Below, piece by piece: positions 1 through 13,023 of a DNA stretch of 64,000 bases. The notes under the pieces were generated by a model. The model searched no databases. It was given only the letters and a program-made list of their open reading frames with translations, and was not told the DNA's origin. The DNA lies in NCBI GenBank assembly GCA_051294905.1, contig CM119372.1, forward strand, positions 33,668,001 to 33,732,000, written 5' to 3'. Position 1 is the first letter of the stretch; every line of letters starts with the position of its first letter. The translations under genes and the position numbers were made by a program. The DNA comes from Botryllus schlosseri (lineage: Eukaryota).

Positions 1-1
1 G

Positions 2-445
2 GATGTCGCGATAAAAGCATATGAAGATTACACCGGCAACTCTATTATGAAGGTTGGATTGCTTCTATTCCCTTGTGGTTATCTTGGGTGCAGCCCAGAT
101 GGAATTATAAGCACTTCTAGTGGCGAAAGAGGGCTATTAGAAATCAAGTGTCCATGGATTCACCGCAATAAAACTTTTGATGATATAATGTTTGAGAAAC
201 GTGGAAGAGATACTTCTCCACATTTGGATCAATGTGGTTCATTGAAAATCAACCATGAATATTGGCATCAAATCCTGGCCGGAATGGAAGCAGCCAAGAC
301 TTCATGAGGTCATTTTGTATTATGGACCACAAAAGATATCCACATCATAAAGGCGGCAAAGGACAATCGTTGGGGCGAAACCAACTTCCCCAAGTTGACT
401 GATTTTTATTTGAATTCGTTTCTGCCTCATTTTACTGCTAAATAA
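2..445 (+). pseudogene. YqaJ/lambda-exonuclease-like ORF (3' part) of an ISL2EU-type transposon, with premature stop
   Basis: Frame reads DVAIKAYE...GYLGCSPDGII...GLLEIKCP...YWHQI (PD-(D/E)xK motifs). After the TGA at 305-307 it continues GHFVLWTTKD...PKLTDFY...AK* to 445. Open off the left edge of the window. Confidence 0.85.
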
Positions 446-719
446 GTTTTATAAAAACATCCATTGCAGGGATACGTATAATATATTTTGTGTGCTTCTT
501 ATCAACAGTAATCGGCACATTGAAGGGTTTCAAATATATTCAAAAAGTAAAGTATGTACCAATAAAATTACACACCATGAAGTTCGCACTGTAACAACAC
601 ACTTTGAATTAGCATATAGGCCTACGGTAGAATAATGACAACGCAATCAAGAAAGAAAAACTGCAGTGTCTCAATCCTTTCCAAATCCAAGCACTATGAT
701 TATTTTGAATTAAAAAAAT

Positions 720-3441
720 CTATATCTGCGCTGGCTCATTCGAGTTTAGGTATCGATCAAATACGCCATCAATAGTTGGAGACTGAAAATTTACTAAAGC
801 TCAACATAATTGTACTAGCTGATCGACAAATGGTCTCTTCTTACTAGCTAAAATTTTGTAATTACGGATTCTTTCTATTGCTCTCTCCACGTGTATTCGA
901 CAACTTGCTATCTTTTTGCAGGACCTCGCCTCAGTCTCAGTAAATTGCCTTTTTCCAGCTAGAAATGGTAGAAGATTCAAGGACACTCCACTTGGCATCA
1001 ATTCATGAATAAGAAATCCTTTGTCGGCCAGAACTAAATCCCCAGCCTGTTATAAAGAAGTATAATATCATCCAGGGTTGTAACTTGTAAGTATCAAAGT
1101 CACAAGGAGTGCTATCACACCATGAGACTTCGATCGGGTCATGTCTAATTTCTTGATCTATAATACTTGGTCCGAGTCGAGTCAATGAAAACAATGACAA
1201 AAGTCTATTCACTAGAAAAATTGTTACTCAAGTCATTACAAGCCTGATAATTATCATCTTATAATAGGTTTACCACTGATTCTAATGCTGATACAGACCT
1301 GAAAATGTCGTAAAACCCCTGACAGCTTGGTAATCATTTTATCACTGGTACTGCCAGGGTAGGCCTATCCATCACTGATGTAAGTTATTGCTCCATTCGG
1401 AGCTACTCCAATAAGGTATTTAGCTGTCAGTCACTTTTTGTAGTTGCTAAAACTTGAACAAGCTGCTTCAAGATCTTGTCTTGGAGTCTCTATAAAAAAT
1501 TCGAGACGGACTCTCAGCATTCCCGTGGCCACTTACTGGCCACGGATAATTTCGTGGCCGGCCACAGATATTCCGTGGCCGGCCATGAAAAGTGCTATTC
1601 TATGGCCGGCCATGGTGATTTTCATGGCCGGCCATGAAATTTCGGTATGGCCGGCCATGAAATATCCATGGCCGGCCATGTCAAACTCATTCTTCTGGCC
1701 GGCCATGACTGAATTTCATGGCCGGCCATAGCCAAATTTCATGGCCGGCTACAATATATCAAGTTAGTATTGATGATCAGCACTGTACGTGACCCAATCG
1801 TGCTCAAATGTATGATCAATTATGTTCTATTATGGGCGTTTAGTAAATAGAACTAGGTGAGAGCGAGAGTTTAGCTCAGTCTATAAGCATTTTTACCCGA
1901 AATACCGGAAGAATAGCGATACAAAAAACGATAGGAAGAAGTCGAAACGATCCGGCCTAGTCTCTATATATCAATTAAAAACACACAAAATGATGTAAAG
2001 AATGCAATAAAAAGGAGATACCGCTAAATGAAACAGGAAATAATGGTATAGAAAGCTAGAAGCAACGAAGACATGTAGGCCTAACTGATAGGTAAGTGTT
2101 GATTTGGATGTTTTTTTGTTGTTGTTGTAGAAATAGACCCAAATATTCAGCTGACACTCGTCACAGCTACTCGTAAGCAACTGTATAGAATTGGAAAAAA
2201 CAATGTATACCAAATATATGTCAGAAAATCTCTAAAAGTACCCCAAAAGCTGTGAAATTCACATGACATTCTGTGGCCGGCCACAGAACAGATCGGAGCT
2301 CGCTGTGGCCGGTGCTTCCCCCGTTCTGATATTGATTTTCTGCGGTAAGATGTGCATTGTGCAGACGCTGCAATCCATTGTATAGTTGGTTATATTTTGT
2401 AAATATGCAAATCTACGATTCTGTGCAGTCTATAATCATGCGGCAATTTGGAATATCTTGGAACTTTTGTGGAGTAGAGCACAAATGCTTCGCAACCGAT
2501 GGAACTTGGTTCAAAAATTGCTTGAAGAATATTTCGTGCATGGCGTGCAAGAATGTTACAAATATATTGTTTATTGACGTATGACTTAGATCGAACTGCT
2601 TGGCTAAAAACACATTCGGTAGGTCGAATTTCAATTTCATGAGAAGTATCAGCAGCTGTTCAGTAGTGCTCACAGAATGTACACTTTTGCCAGTCCAATA
2701 ATTCAATGGCTGAAATCTGTCAATCTCCAGCACAATAATATAAAATACGTCTCTATTCAGTCCGGTGAAATTGTGGAGTTCAGCATCAGTCATATTTGCC
2801 GCTCTGAATATCCGTGAAGATTGTCCAAGCATAGAAAGAAGTTTAGCTTCATTGTCACTCTTGAGCTGAGCAATTTGTTGCTCTTGGTTTCTGGTCTTAT
2901 CAATAAGAGCAGCAATTGCACTACGAGCAACAGCTACTTCACCTCTCAGCTTTTCAAGCTCTCCTCCTTGGGGGTGGGTATCTGAGCTACTGCAACATTG
3001 TTCTGAAGACGATGACATGGCTTTTGTACTGCCATTTACAGAGCAATCAGAAGAGTTGGTGGATACCTAGCTAGATGAATTATGACAATTTTTATCTGCA
3101 TCTAAAGTTGTGTCACTAGCACGCTGGGCTGTACACGCTTTACGTTTGGTATTCCGTGTATCCTCTTTCTCGCCTCGAAGATTGCAGCTCGGCACGGCAT
3201 CCATTCTTAACCTTTTTTTCTGGAACCCAACTGGCACATCTGACACCCTTTTACGGCTGTAATATTTTGTTCTGAAGTGATAAGAGCACACTCTGGAGCC
3301 AGTACCGGGTGACCAATCTTTCCTGCTAATTCTGTTTATCCACGTCTTTTTAAGCTTTTCATCACTTGGAAATTGGTGAAAAGATCGATCAGGATTTCTT
3401 TTTTGTGTAGCTGCACATCCAAACACCGCACAATGGGCCAT
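720..3441 (-). pseudogene. THAP + HTH + DDE (DDE_Tnp_4-type) transposase, ISL2EU/PIF-Harbinger group, disrupted
   Basis: THAP: MAHCAVFGC...FHQFP...W...RVCSYHF...AVPS (3441-3067). HTH region: FTGL...EQLLILLMKLK...LAKQFDLS (3018-2420). Catalytic motifs IIDCTE|FFIETP, FSNYK, KYLIGVAPNG, GSTSD, LADKGF, RIHVERAIERIRNYKIL. Probable intron 1047-1298 (GT..AG on -), in-frame stops, and an insertion at 1503-2417. Confidence 0.85.
1503..2417. mobile_element. Insertion splitting the transposase at DCTE/FFIE, with an ATGGCCGGCCAT repeat array
   Basis: Removing it restores gac tgc aca gaa ttt ttt ata gag on -. Flanked by ATTC direct repeats (1499-1502, 2418-2421). About 10 palindromic TGGCCGGCCA units at 1525-1750 and two more at 2272-2312. 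Confidence 0.65.
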
Positions 3442-5117
3442 AGTGGATAACAACAAACTATAAGTGTCTTACCAATAATATACCTCTACGACAAAGAGAA
3501 CATTTGGAATTAAAAATGACTATGGAAATTCCCGAAAAGTATGGTATTTCTCCTACTAGAGGGTGATGTAACTGCAGCCAATAGAATGTTATATCTTAGG
3601 TTATAACCAAACGGACTCATCCTGACAAGGCCTGCAACTTTGAAACGGTTGCAAAATACTGTTCCAATATGTTTGTTTACATTCCTTATGGACTAGCGCA
3701 GTCGGCATACACTTGACGACGACGCTGTCAGCCATCACCAAGGACAACAAATTCTGACCAATCAGAAGCAAGATCACGAACTTCCGGTTTCAACCCGTAT
3801 TCATTCTTTTGTTGTAAAGGCCTGCATTGTTAAGCTTTTTCATTGATTGACTACGTGAACGAATTGACGCACCGTTTTAAACCACATCTGCAAACTTTAC
3901 GCAATTGAATGATTTCTTCACCTTTCAAGTTATATATGTCTACTTGGAGTAGATTTGACAATGTCTTAAAAATCCCTACTTTGACGACTATTGAGTAGGT
4001 ATTTCGGTTATTTCTTGTATGTGAACTTGAGTATTATTTCTATGCTTGGATTCGGTTAACTTTACCACCCACTACAGCTACGAAACATAATATTATCCCT
4101 ACATGAGTCCGAATCTAACTAGATTTTCCTAAAAATTGACTGAGGTAATCATATATAAATATATATATATTTCATTCTAACACAGTGCTGCAAACATAAA
4201 AGTCTATCTAGATATCCTTGTGACAAAATCGTACGTAAATTGTTCTAAAATAATTCGCGTACTCGTTTCTGCGAGGCTTCAATGACGCAAAACAAACTCT
4301 GATTCTCCTGTTACATAATTTAATTTACTGTTCAAAATTTGTTATCATTAGCTAAATTTTAAAGTACTAGGAATCGGAGTCATAATAATGAGCATTTCAA
4401 CAAACTCCGTATGCGAGTCTGACACCAGAGGGCGTAAACAGTTTCTGCGACCATGACTTCCTTTATCCAAATTCAAACTCCTTATTCTTCCACTCCACTG
4501 TCTTGCAATATGCTTGATGATTTTAGACGCCGTTAGCTTGAATGAAGTAGAGAAATGCAGAATGAATTGTTCAATTCAACTTATGCAGGATCCAAACGTC
4601 ATCTGTACAACTACAACGCTGGAAATTCGAAATAATCTCAGCCCAACAGCTTCCATATCGGACTGGTAGCGGCGCTTCTCTGTGGCATAATTGCGTTTCT
4701 GTGCAAAATCAACGGACAGCGTTTGCGGAAGGAATTCAGACGTAAATATAGATACGAACAAAAGGCCAGGAGACAGATGGATGGGTCATTTATTGCGAAA
4801 CATAGCAGAGTGAACGCAAACATTTTTGAAAGGTTCAATGGGAAAGCGAGTGTGAACACAAACCTATGACGTTACGTGACGTCATATCGCTTGTTCTAAC
4901 CCTACATTTCCGCAAAGTAACATAATAATGTACACTGTACAATGTACACGATATCTAGTGGAGACTCAGACCACTTATGTCATAATTATGCAGTATAGGA
5001 TGACTTCACCAAATGAATCAACTGGAACCATCAGATGCTGTAACAATTTCGTTAAATTAATATTTCTGTCGCTTTGCCAACAATTTTGACGAGCAGTTGT
5101 TGCGCAGGAATATAAGC

Positions 5118-5675
5118 TTATATGCCTGAAAGGTCAAGACTAGACCGAGTATTTGCTAGATTGAAATTGATCAAAGTGAAATATCGGTTACTATACTTGT
5201 CCGAGATATTACCTCTAGTTATGCAGTAGCCAACACCCCAATCGGATCGATTTGATTTTGATGGTGCAATAAACATATCATAACAAGATAGATCCCATAC
5301 GCCTTCTATGTATTTTACATCAGACAACGTTGCTCAAAGTCAAATCAAACAGGATTGTTCGAAAAAACATCAAAAGATCTTTGATCTGATGTAGACCTGG
5401 CAATATATATTTTCGGACGTATAAAACGCATATAATCCGCATTATCAATACTGTCATGGCGTCCGGGTCCGTAGTTGACGCACCCCAACCCCCGAAGTGG
5501 GGGGGAGGTCAATAGAAACCCAAAATTATCTTGTGAATTAAAATGAGTTAGAGAGTATTTTTTGAGAATTCTAGCAACTTTTCGAAAACATTTTCGCACT
5601 TGGCGCGACTTATTGTTGCCTGATATCTTGATAATTGTGTACCCTTGCCCCACGAAAAAGCAAAAATGATTTTTC
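5118..5675 (-). pseudogene. Degenerate phosphagen (creatine/arginine) kinase-like fragment
   Basis: KNHFCFFVGQGYTIIKISG...VRKCFRK...FNSQDNFGFLLTSPPLRGLG aligns by eye with the CK segment NKTFLVW.NEEDH.R.IS...F...HLGY.LTCPSNLGTG. Later GVWDLS resembles GVFDIS. Frameshifted and cut at 5676 by a Penelope tail. Confidence 0.35.
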
Positions 5676-5722
5676 GAAGAGCTTCTTGGAGATACAGAAC
5701 TTCAATATAAAATTGAATAATA
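5676..5722 (-). mobile_element. Short Penelope-like element terminal fragment
   Basis: GAAGAGCTTCTTGGAGATACAGAACTTCAATATA matches 13024-13070 and the reverse complement of 45835-45868. Confidence 0.6.
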
Positions 5723-6155
5723 CTTCTTCGAGTCAATAGTCAATTCGAGTCATTGCAGTGTTGAGCTGCCGAAGGCAGCGAAACAGAAAAATACATTGCA
5801 CATTTTAAGGCGCAGTATATGATTTCTGTAGTAGATCCATTTGGAATTCTGACGATCGAATATAACAAAACTGGATTTGGTTAGGTAAGAATCCCAATGC
5901 TTTACAACTAGATCTCTTTCCCGTAGGCTGTCATTGGTGGGATTGCCCCTACCCACGGAAGTGGCTGGATTGTGAGATTTAGTTAGCAATTTTGTAGCGA
6001 AAATTTTACAGATAATGTGGTATGTTAGTAGTGATATTAAAGAAGTCAAGTTGAGTGTATGATAAATATATATAATAATATAATATAAAGAGAACGCGAA
6101 GGCTAGTAATTTTACAAAGAGAAAGCGAAGGGTAGTAATATTATAAAAATAATAT

Positions 6156-7026
6156 GACTCTGTCCAATCAATCGATTTTCGAATGTGACTCGAGTCAAGT
6201 CAAGTCAATCGTTTTTGGAGGTGAGTCGAGTCAACACAATTCAAGTCAAATTGAATTTTCGAAGTATATGAGTGACGATTCAAAGTCATTACATTTTGCT
6301 ATCTGTGTGAAAGACAGATTATTTTTCCATTTATTTTGAATCAAAGAACTAATATAAAGTTAAATATCCATGCAAAAAGGCGTTGTATCGCTCACGCATG
6401 CGTAGAACAGCTAATAAAATACGTGAGCAACTTAATAGCTACATACTGCAGCAGTCTGTTGTTATCAGCCGAAATAGAGGATATAATATAGGAAGCCTCG
6501 AGAAGTTGAAACAAATTGATATGGTACAATACACTACACTACCCATCGGTGAGAATTTCAACGCATAAACTATATTCGTTCGATTTAAATCATACAAGAG
6601 GATTGTTAAAGGTGAGCACTGCGCAATGTAAGCACTGAATCGTTTAAGCAACAGAGAGACGTTGCTATTATATTATTATTATTCCACTACTACTACGACA
6701 ACGTAAACTGTGATCATTTCGTTTGCGGTCAATTTCTTTGTGATGCAAGAATGGAGGATCAGTTTAATGTTACAATCAGTAAATGACTGATTGGTCTCAC
6801 AATTGGCATCGGCGTATCGCAAACAATCCTAACAAACACAAGATACAGTAATTTAATCGATACCGTTTACTTGGTGAATTGGAATTGACTCGTAAATTTT
6901 GCTCCGAGTCACGAGTCAATCCACATTTCTGAAGCGTCGAGTCAAGTCAAGTCATATTATTTTTGCAAAGTGACTCGATTCAAGTCAAGTCATATGAAAA
7001 AGTTGACTCGAGTCATCCCAACACTG
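6156..7026. mobile_element. Truncated copy of the GACTCGAGTC/AGTCA-repeat hAT MITE family
   Basis: Internal sequence closely similar to 12050-12967; ends in CATCCCAACACTG. Confidence 0.75.
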
Positions 7027-7600
7027 GTTTTTGATAGTCCTTATATGCGTGGTCTTTGCGATCCCGTCGGTCTGATTGAGCTGTATATCTACGCCGTCAA
7101 GACATCGTTTTTTTTTCAACACCAGTAGCCAGCATACTAGTCGTGCTTCAATTTTGGTTGTGTTATCGAATTCAGAAACCGAACCGAGCGAAATAAATTT
7201 GGTTTCGTCGTGCAATATTGAATCCATTTTCGAAATGTAGTCAGCTTTGTTCAGAATGACAACACCGAATCCCTTGTCTGGTTTGGTGATATGGATTTCA
7301 GGGTTGGAGAGTAATGCTTTGATAGAAAGGAAACACTCCTTGTCGATAGGGCATCCGCAATACGAATGCACCAAATCTGATAACCGAGCTTTAAGAGCAG
7401 GTATATTCACGTCTGGTTTAGGTTCGTGGTGATCTAATTGGCCGATCAGAATTTCGAATTTCGCAAATACCTCCTCACTCTTGAAAGCGGTCGGCGGTAG
7501 GCAAAACATTGAGCATATGGGATAAAACGAATTCTTCAGTAGCAGTGAACTCGTGGTCTGATAGGTTGAGGAGGGGCCTGAAGCAGTGCTGTTACGGTCC
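7027..7600 (-). mobile_element. Penelope-like retroelement RT N-terminal fragment
   Basis: FCLPP...LKARL...ITKPDKGFGVVILNKADYISKMDSILHDETKF, typical of the region preceding the PLE RT core. Confidence 0.8.
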
Positions 7601-10600
7601 TGATGGCGTAATAATGAGTGATACTTGACTTGAATGCCTAATACTCGATTCAGAGTCGAATCACTCAGGTAATCGATTTAGCCCAGTCCTACGATGCGAT
7701 GTAGGCTACTCACGTAGCAATATTATTGGCCGAACTCCTTCATCTACTTTCATGAAGTATCGCGCCTGGCGCGACTAGAATTTTCCAGAACGTTAATATT
7801 AGCTATTTCGTTGCGTTATAAGCCGATATACCAAGGGAGGTCAAATGATGGAAGATGCAATTCCATGATCGTATAATAATGCTTTTTATGACGTGTTAAT
7901 AATACGCATACGGTATATTCGCATTGTTTCTTTTTTACGGTTTACGCAGCAATTGGAAACACGCTATCTCGGCTATGCAGGGTTAATGGTATAGTCAGTG
8001 TTGCCACTCGAGCTGCGTGAAAAAACACAATATTTGTCGACTAAAAGACACTAAATCGACACATATACACTAGTTTTGAAATTTAGGCCCAAACTTACGA
8101 ATAAATCATAGACTATGCGGGAAATGCATTTTTTAACGCCAACAACGTTAAAAGAAGCTTAGAAAATGACAGATTCATCACATTATCTAAAATCGATTGC
8201 TATCAGACAATATTGTCAAGTTGCCTATTTATTGCTACATAACCAAATTTAACTTCAGCTCAAAGGTAAAACGTCTGTCAGCGAATGCAGTGTCCATTCC
8301 ATTCCATCCAATCCGAGTGAGGGATATGAAAGTCGGCGGAACATCATACACTGACCAAGCAATGAGTGGTTTTGGAATTTACACACTGTCAACGAATCAA
8401 ATGAAGCTACACAAGAACACTTTGTGGAATTAAAACACAATAGCGTACTTGATATAGGCTAGAATGCCTCCTCATTCAACTTTCCCTTTCATGACTGTGT
8501 GTCATTTTGTCACCACAAAAGTATTGCATCCTGGCAGCACCAGACATTTATAACTGAGTTCATACCACAGGGTTATATAGTCATGAACCTATACACATCT
8601 TCTGGTAATCATTTAATAATGGTACCAGTCATCTTGGGCAAGGTATCACGTTAATTTCAGGTCGCAGAGATTGGACCTCTGTAACTCGAAAGAAACCCAG
8701 TCTCATATGTTTGGTAAGGCGGCCCGGTTTACGGCCGGCCCGGTCTTTCTTAGTTGTTGTTATACAAACTTCACCAATATTAGGATATGAAGATCGGATT
8801 TCCAATGTGCAAGTATATGGGCCTGGTAAAAACTCCTAACATGGACTCCCGAAGATGATATCGTAACTCCAAACTAGGCGTCGTGATTGCAGATGTACAA
8901 CAGATGCCTATACAGCCCTTGATTTAATCTCGGGATATTAGAAAGTCTGCTACTGATGAAAATGTGTGGAAGTCAAGGGACCTGTACGGCTGATTCTTGA
9001 GCTAAATCAGCATGTGAAGACGTATATCAACCACCACCCCATCAGTTTTAGCCAGGCCGTGTTATTTTAGGTATTTTGGAAACCAAATGCCAAAACTGCC
9101 AAAAATAAAAATTGTAAAATGCCAAAAATCAGCTATTTTAGGTATTTTTGGCATATACCAAAATAGACATTTTTATGAACGTTTTGGATAAAAATTTCAA
9201 CAAGTATTGCAAAGAGTCTGTATGAAACGACAAAAGAAGTGTATAAAGCTAAATTCCTAAGTTGAGACCCGTGAGCCCTTCGAAAGGCCGCGGTCTACCG
9301 TCCTACGGATCTATGTAATGAGAATGAAAATCTTAGCGTCAAGGCAAAATAGTCGAGTACGGAAATCTGGATTTACGATACACTATCGATTGATCAACCC
9401 GGGTAGTAAATGATGTCCAGCAATTAGAGGGATGTAGCTAAATGCCAAGTCAACACAACAAGATTTTCAGTAAATCTTTCGAAATCAGTTGTTTTCAATT
9501 TCGGTAAACTAACTTTTCCGATTCCAAAACATGATAACCCTACTAGACAATAGGGATATAGTTACATCAATGAGCAATTGAACATATACATTTACACAGT
9601 GCAAAATTCCTCAGTCGCCAAGAAGTTACCCCCCCCCCCTCCCCTCCAATCAATGTCTACCATACAGAGGCCGGCAAACTTTTATTACTTCGTTGTTTTA
9701 TGTTTGCCCGTTGGAGAATTTTTTCATATCATCAGCAACGATTTTGAAAAGTTAACATAAGTGGTATTATGATCTGCGTGCATTAGGGCTGTTCAAAAAG
9801 AATTTTTCCCCCGTATTCCAGCCATTCACTTATTAAATTGTCAGGTTACCCTAAAAAACGCTGCACATCGAATTTATATCTAACAAGATAGGGTAAATCG
9901 GGGGCGCTGAGCTCGGAAATGACATTGGTTTCTTCATATTGGTTCTATCTCTCAAGATATTACCTAATTTTTTATTTATTTTTTTATTCAAACTAAATTA
10001 CATTTTATCCTAACAGTCTATATTAAATGCATTAGTAGGTCCGTCTGTACTGAAACCCTGAGAATATGAGAAATGTACAAACACAATTAGATCGGCGGAA
10101 CGAAGCTGTGCTGCAGAGATCTATTCTTTTCCACATATCGAACACAAAAATACCCCGTTTATCCGTATTTTCATCGGATTCTCCTAATATATAGTAATTT
10201 GTGACAATAAGCTTCCTTTTCCTATAAATGCATTGGACGGGTTGAGACTTTACTATTGGACCACTCGATTAATTAATGATATTTTAATTGTATGTTCTAC
10301 ATTCTGGATCAAATCAAGGTTGTTCCGCCAATCATCGGGTGCGCGCTAATACCGTCTGGTTTGAGCCGATGTACGCACCAGGGCTGTGAATTCGGATTCG
10401 GAGTTTCGCTAATTCTTCCTTAATAGAGTCGGAGTCTCAGAATTTTTTTAGCACTCCTTGGAGACGGAGTCGTGAAAAAAGACTGGCTGGAGTCGAAGTC
10501 GGAGTTTGTGAAAATGCTCCTGACTCCGACTTCTTTAATGTGCAAGCAAGGGCTTACAAAAATCTCCTAAATTTAATCATAATAAATAAAATAGGAGCAG

Positions 10601-10975
10601 TATGTACCAACAATCACTGTTATTAGTAAAGATGTTGATACAATTGGACATTATTTGCCAATTGCAATTTAGTTGCATAGAAGAAGAACATTGCATGATG
10701 CATCTTCGTGACCAACGCAAAATTGTTGATGCAATCACAAATTAGTGCAATTTTTGGAATTATGCCATGATACTGTGAAAGAGTGAATAAATCATTTGGT
10801 TGTGTAAGTGACAACATCACTTTTAAAATTGATGCAAATATAACCAAACGCGGCTTCCCATTCGATAAAATCAAAAATATTTCTAGTAATGAGTAACTTA
10901 ACCGCTTGGTTCGCACAGATCTTTAATAAATAGTGCAAGTATAGTCCATGAATACTTGACTAAGTGTATCTAAAC

Positions 10976-11821
10976 CAGTGGTTCCCAAACTTTTCCTGCT
11001 TGTGGCACACTAGAAAAATTGTGAAATTCTGGCGGCACATTTACCAAAAAATCTTGCTTTTTAAGGGTTTTTGTAATGGCTATGCTTAGTTATACAAATA
11101 TATATAAGACTGAAACGAGGTTGCGTTGTTGACAAACATACCCGCATTCATCGTCAATTACAAGCAGTTTCTTTCGTGTACAGCTTAATTTCAGTAAAAA
11201 CCAAAAAGCTATGTTCACATAGTCATGGCGACGCACATCGCAATACAATTGTGATTGCTTTTGCTCCTAGCAAGGTGTAGGATTTAGAAGGAGACTGCCG
11301 TAACTCATCTATTTTTGTGGAAGCAGCGTTTTGAAAAACTTAGCATTTCGTAAATCAGCTGTTCAACTGCTAAAGTATTACTTGATTCACTGCTTCCAAA
11401 TGGCTGACTACCCAGCCAAAGTTGTGACAAGTAATAGTGCATGGTAAGTTGAAAACTATAGGCAGTGTACTAACGTTTTGGGACGTAATTTCTTGTAGAT
11501 GAGTTGATTCAATGGGACCGTGAAATGAACTAAGCACTTTCCCCGACACATAGCAGCCCAATTAGGACATAAAAATTACCCAAGTCATCGTTAATGACAT
11601 GATTGGCTCCATTTCATTGGTAACATGTGCATTGTGCAATTGTGCATGTTTATCAGCTATGAAGCAGTTAGAGCGCTTCCAAGTCGCATATGTTAGCCTA
11701 CATGCCTCATCACTTTTAAAAAATTATGAAGCTTTTTCCAACATCAGAAAATATTTGCGGCACTCCTGAGAATCTGTGACGGCACACTAATGCGCTGCGG
11801 CACACAGTTTGTGAATCACTG
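10976..11821. mobile_element. hAT (Charlie/Buster-like) MITE
   Basis: CAGTGGTTCCCAAAC...GTTTGTGAATCACTG; TSD ATCTAAAC/ATGTAGAC. Confidence 0.7.
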
Positions 11822-11974
11822 ATGTAGACGTATATGCTTTTCGACTACTCCCTAAATTTCGTTTCTGATAACCATTTATTAGTAGTGAAAGAGTGTGTGC
11901 TTGTCACTAGCATAGTGTGTAGTGATAAAATCTGTACCCTACGTACATCTCTGAAGATAGTTCCTGACTCATAC

Positions 11975-12967
11975 CAGTGTTGGGATCAAGTCACTACCTT
12001 CGAGTCACGAGTCATCTCGAGTCATTGCAGATTTTGACTCGAGTCAAGTCAAGTCAATCGATTTTCAAAGGTGACTCGAGTCAAGTCAAGTCACTCATTT
12101 TTTGGAGGTGACTCGAGTCAAGTCGAGTCAAGTCAAGTCAAGTCACGAGTCAAGTCACAATTCAAGTCAAATTGAATTTTTGATGTATGAGTGATGATTC
12201 AAAGTCATTAAATTTTGCTAGCTGTGTGAAAGACAGATTAATTGATCATTTATCTTGAATCAAATAAAGAATATCTAGTTAAATATACATCCAAAAATAC
12301 GTTGTATCCCTCAAGCACTCGTTGCTAATACAATACGTGAGTAACTGTACAGCTCCATGCTACAGTCAGTTATTATCAGCCAATATATAAGACCTAATAC
12401 GAAGCTTCGAGAAGTTGAAACAAGTTGATATGGTGCAATTGCCTACACTACCCAATACCCATCTACACATCCGTAAGAATGTAAACGCACAAACTATATT
12501 TGTTTGATTTAAATCATACAAGAGGGTTGGTAAATGTGAGCATTGCGCAACGTGGGCCTAGGCATTTAGCCGTCCAAGAAACAGAGACACATTGCTATTT
12601 AGATTAATCTTCGACTCCTACCGCTACGGAAGCGTAAGCTATGATCGTTTAGTTTGCGGTCAATTTATTTGTGATCTAACAATGGAGGATCAGTGTAACG
12701 TACAATCAGTGAATGACTGGTTCCTCTCACGAGTGACACCGGCGTATCTCGAACAATCCGAACATACGCAAGACACAGTGATTTATTCGACAACGTTTAC
12801 TTGATGACTTGGAATTGACTCGTAAATTTTGCTCAGAGTCACAAGTCAATGCACAATTTTGATGCTCCGAGTCAAGTCAAGTCAAGTCATTTTTTCAAAG
12901 TGACTCGAGTCAAGTCAAGTCATACGAAATAGTTGACTCGAGTCTGACTCGAGTCATCCCAACACTG
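11975..12967. mobile_element. hAT MITE with GACTCGAGTC/AGTCA arrays
   Basis: TIR CAGTGTTGGGAT/ATCCCAACACTG; perfect TSD ACTCATAC. Confidence 0.85.
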
Positions 12968-13023
12968 ACTCATACACAAGAGCTACACTTTTATTGACAT
13001 TTTCATTATACGGGATGGGATCT

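Larger units (their letters stand above)
1..3500. mobile_element. ISL2EU-like DNA transposon, decayed; left part outside window, right terminus not located
   Basis: Convergent YqaJ exonuclease and THAP-DDE_Tnp_4 transposase ORFs, the gene pair described for ISL2EU. Confidence 0.75.

Noticed and set aside
2..445. Prophage recombinase or bacterial contamination
   Set aside because: It is paired with an intron-containing THAP-DDE transposase, which fits a eukaryotic ISL2EU element.
4640..4869. Possible terminal exon with a TM segment (IGLVAALLCGIIAFLC) and basic tail
   Set aside because: No start, partner exons or recognisable homology.
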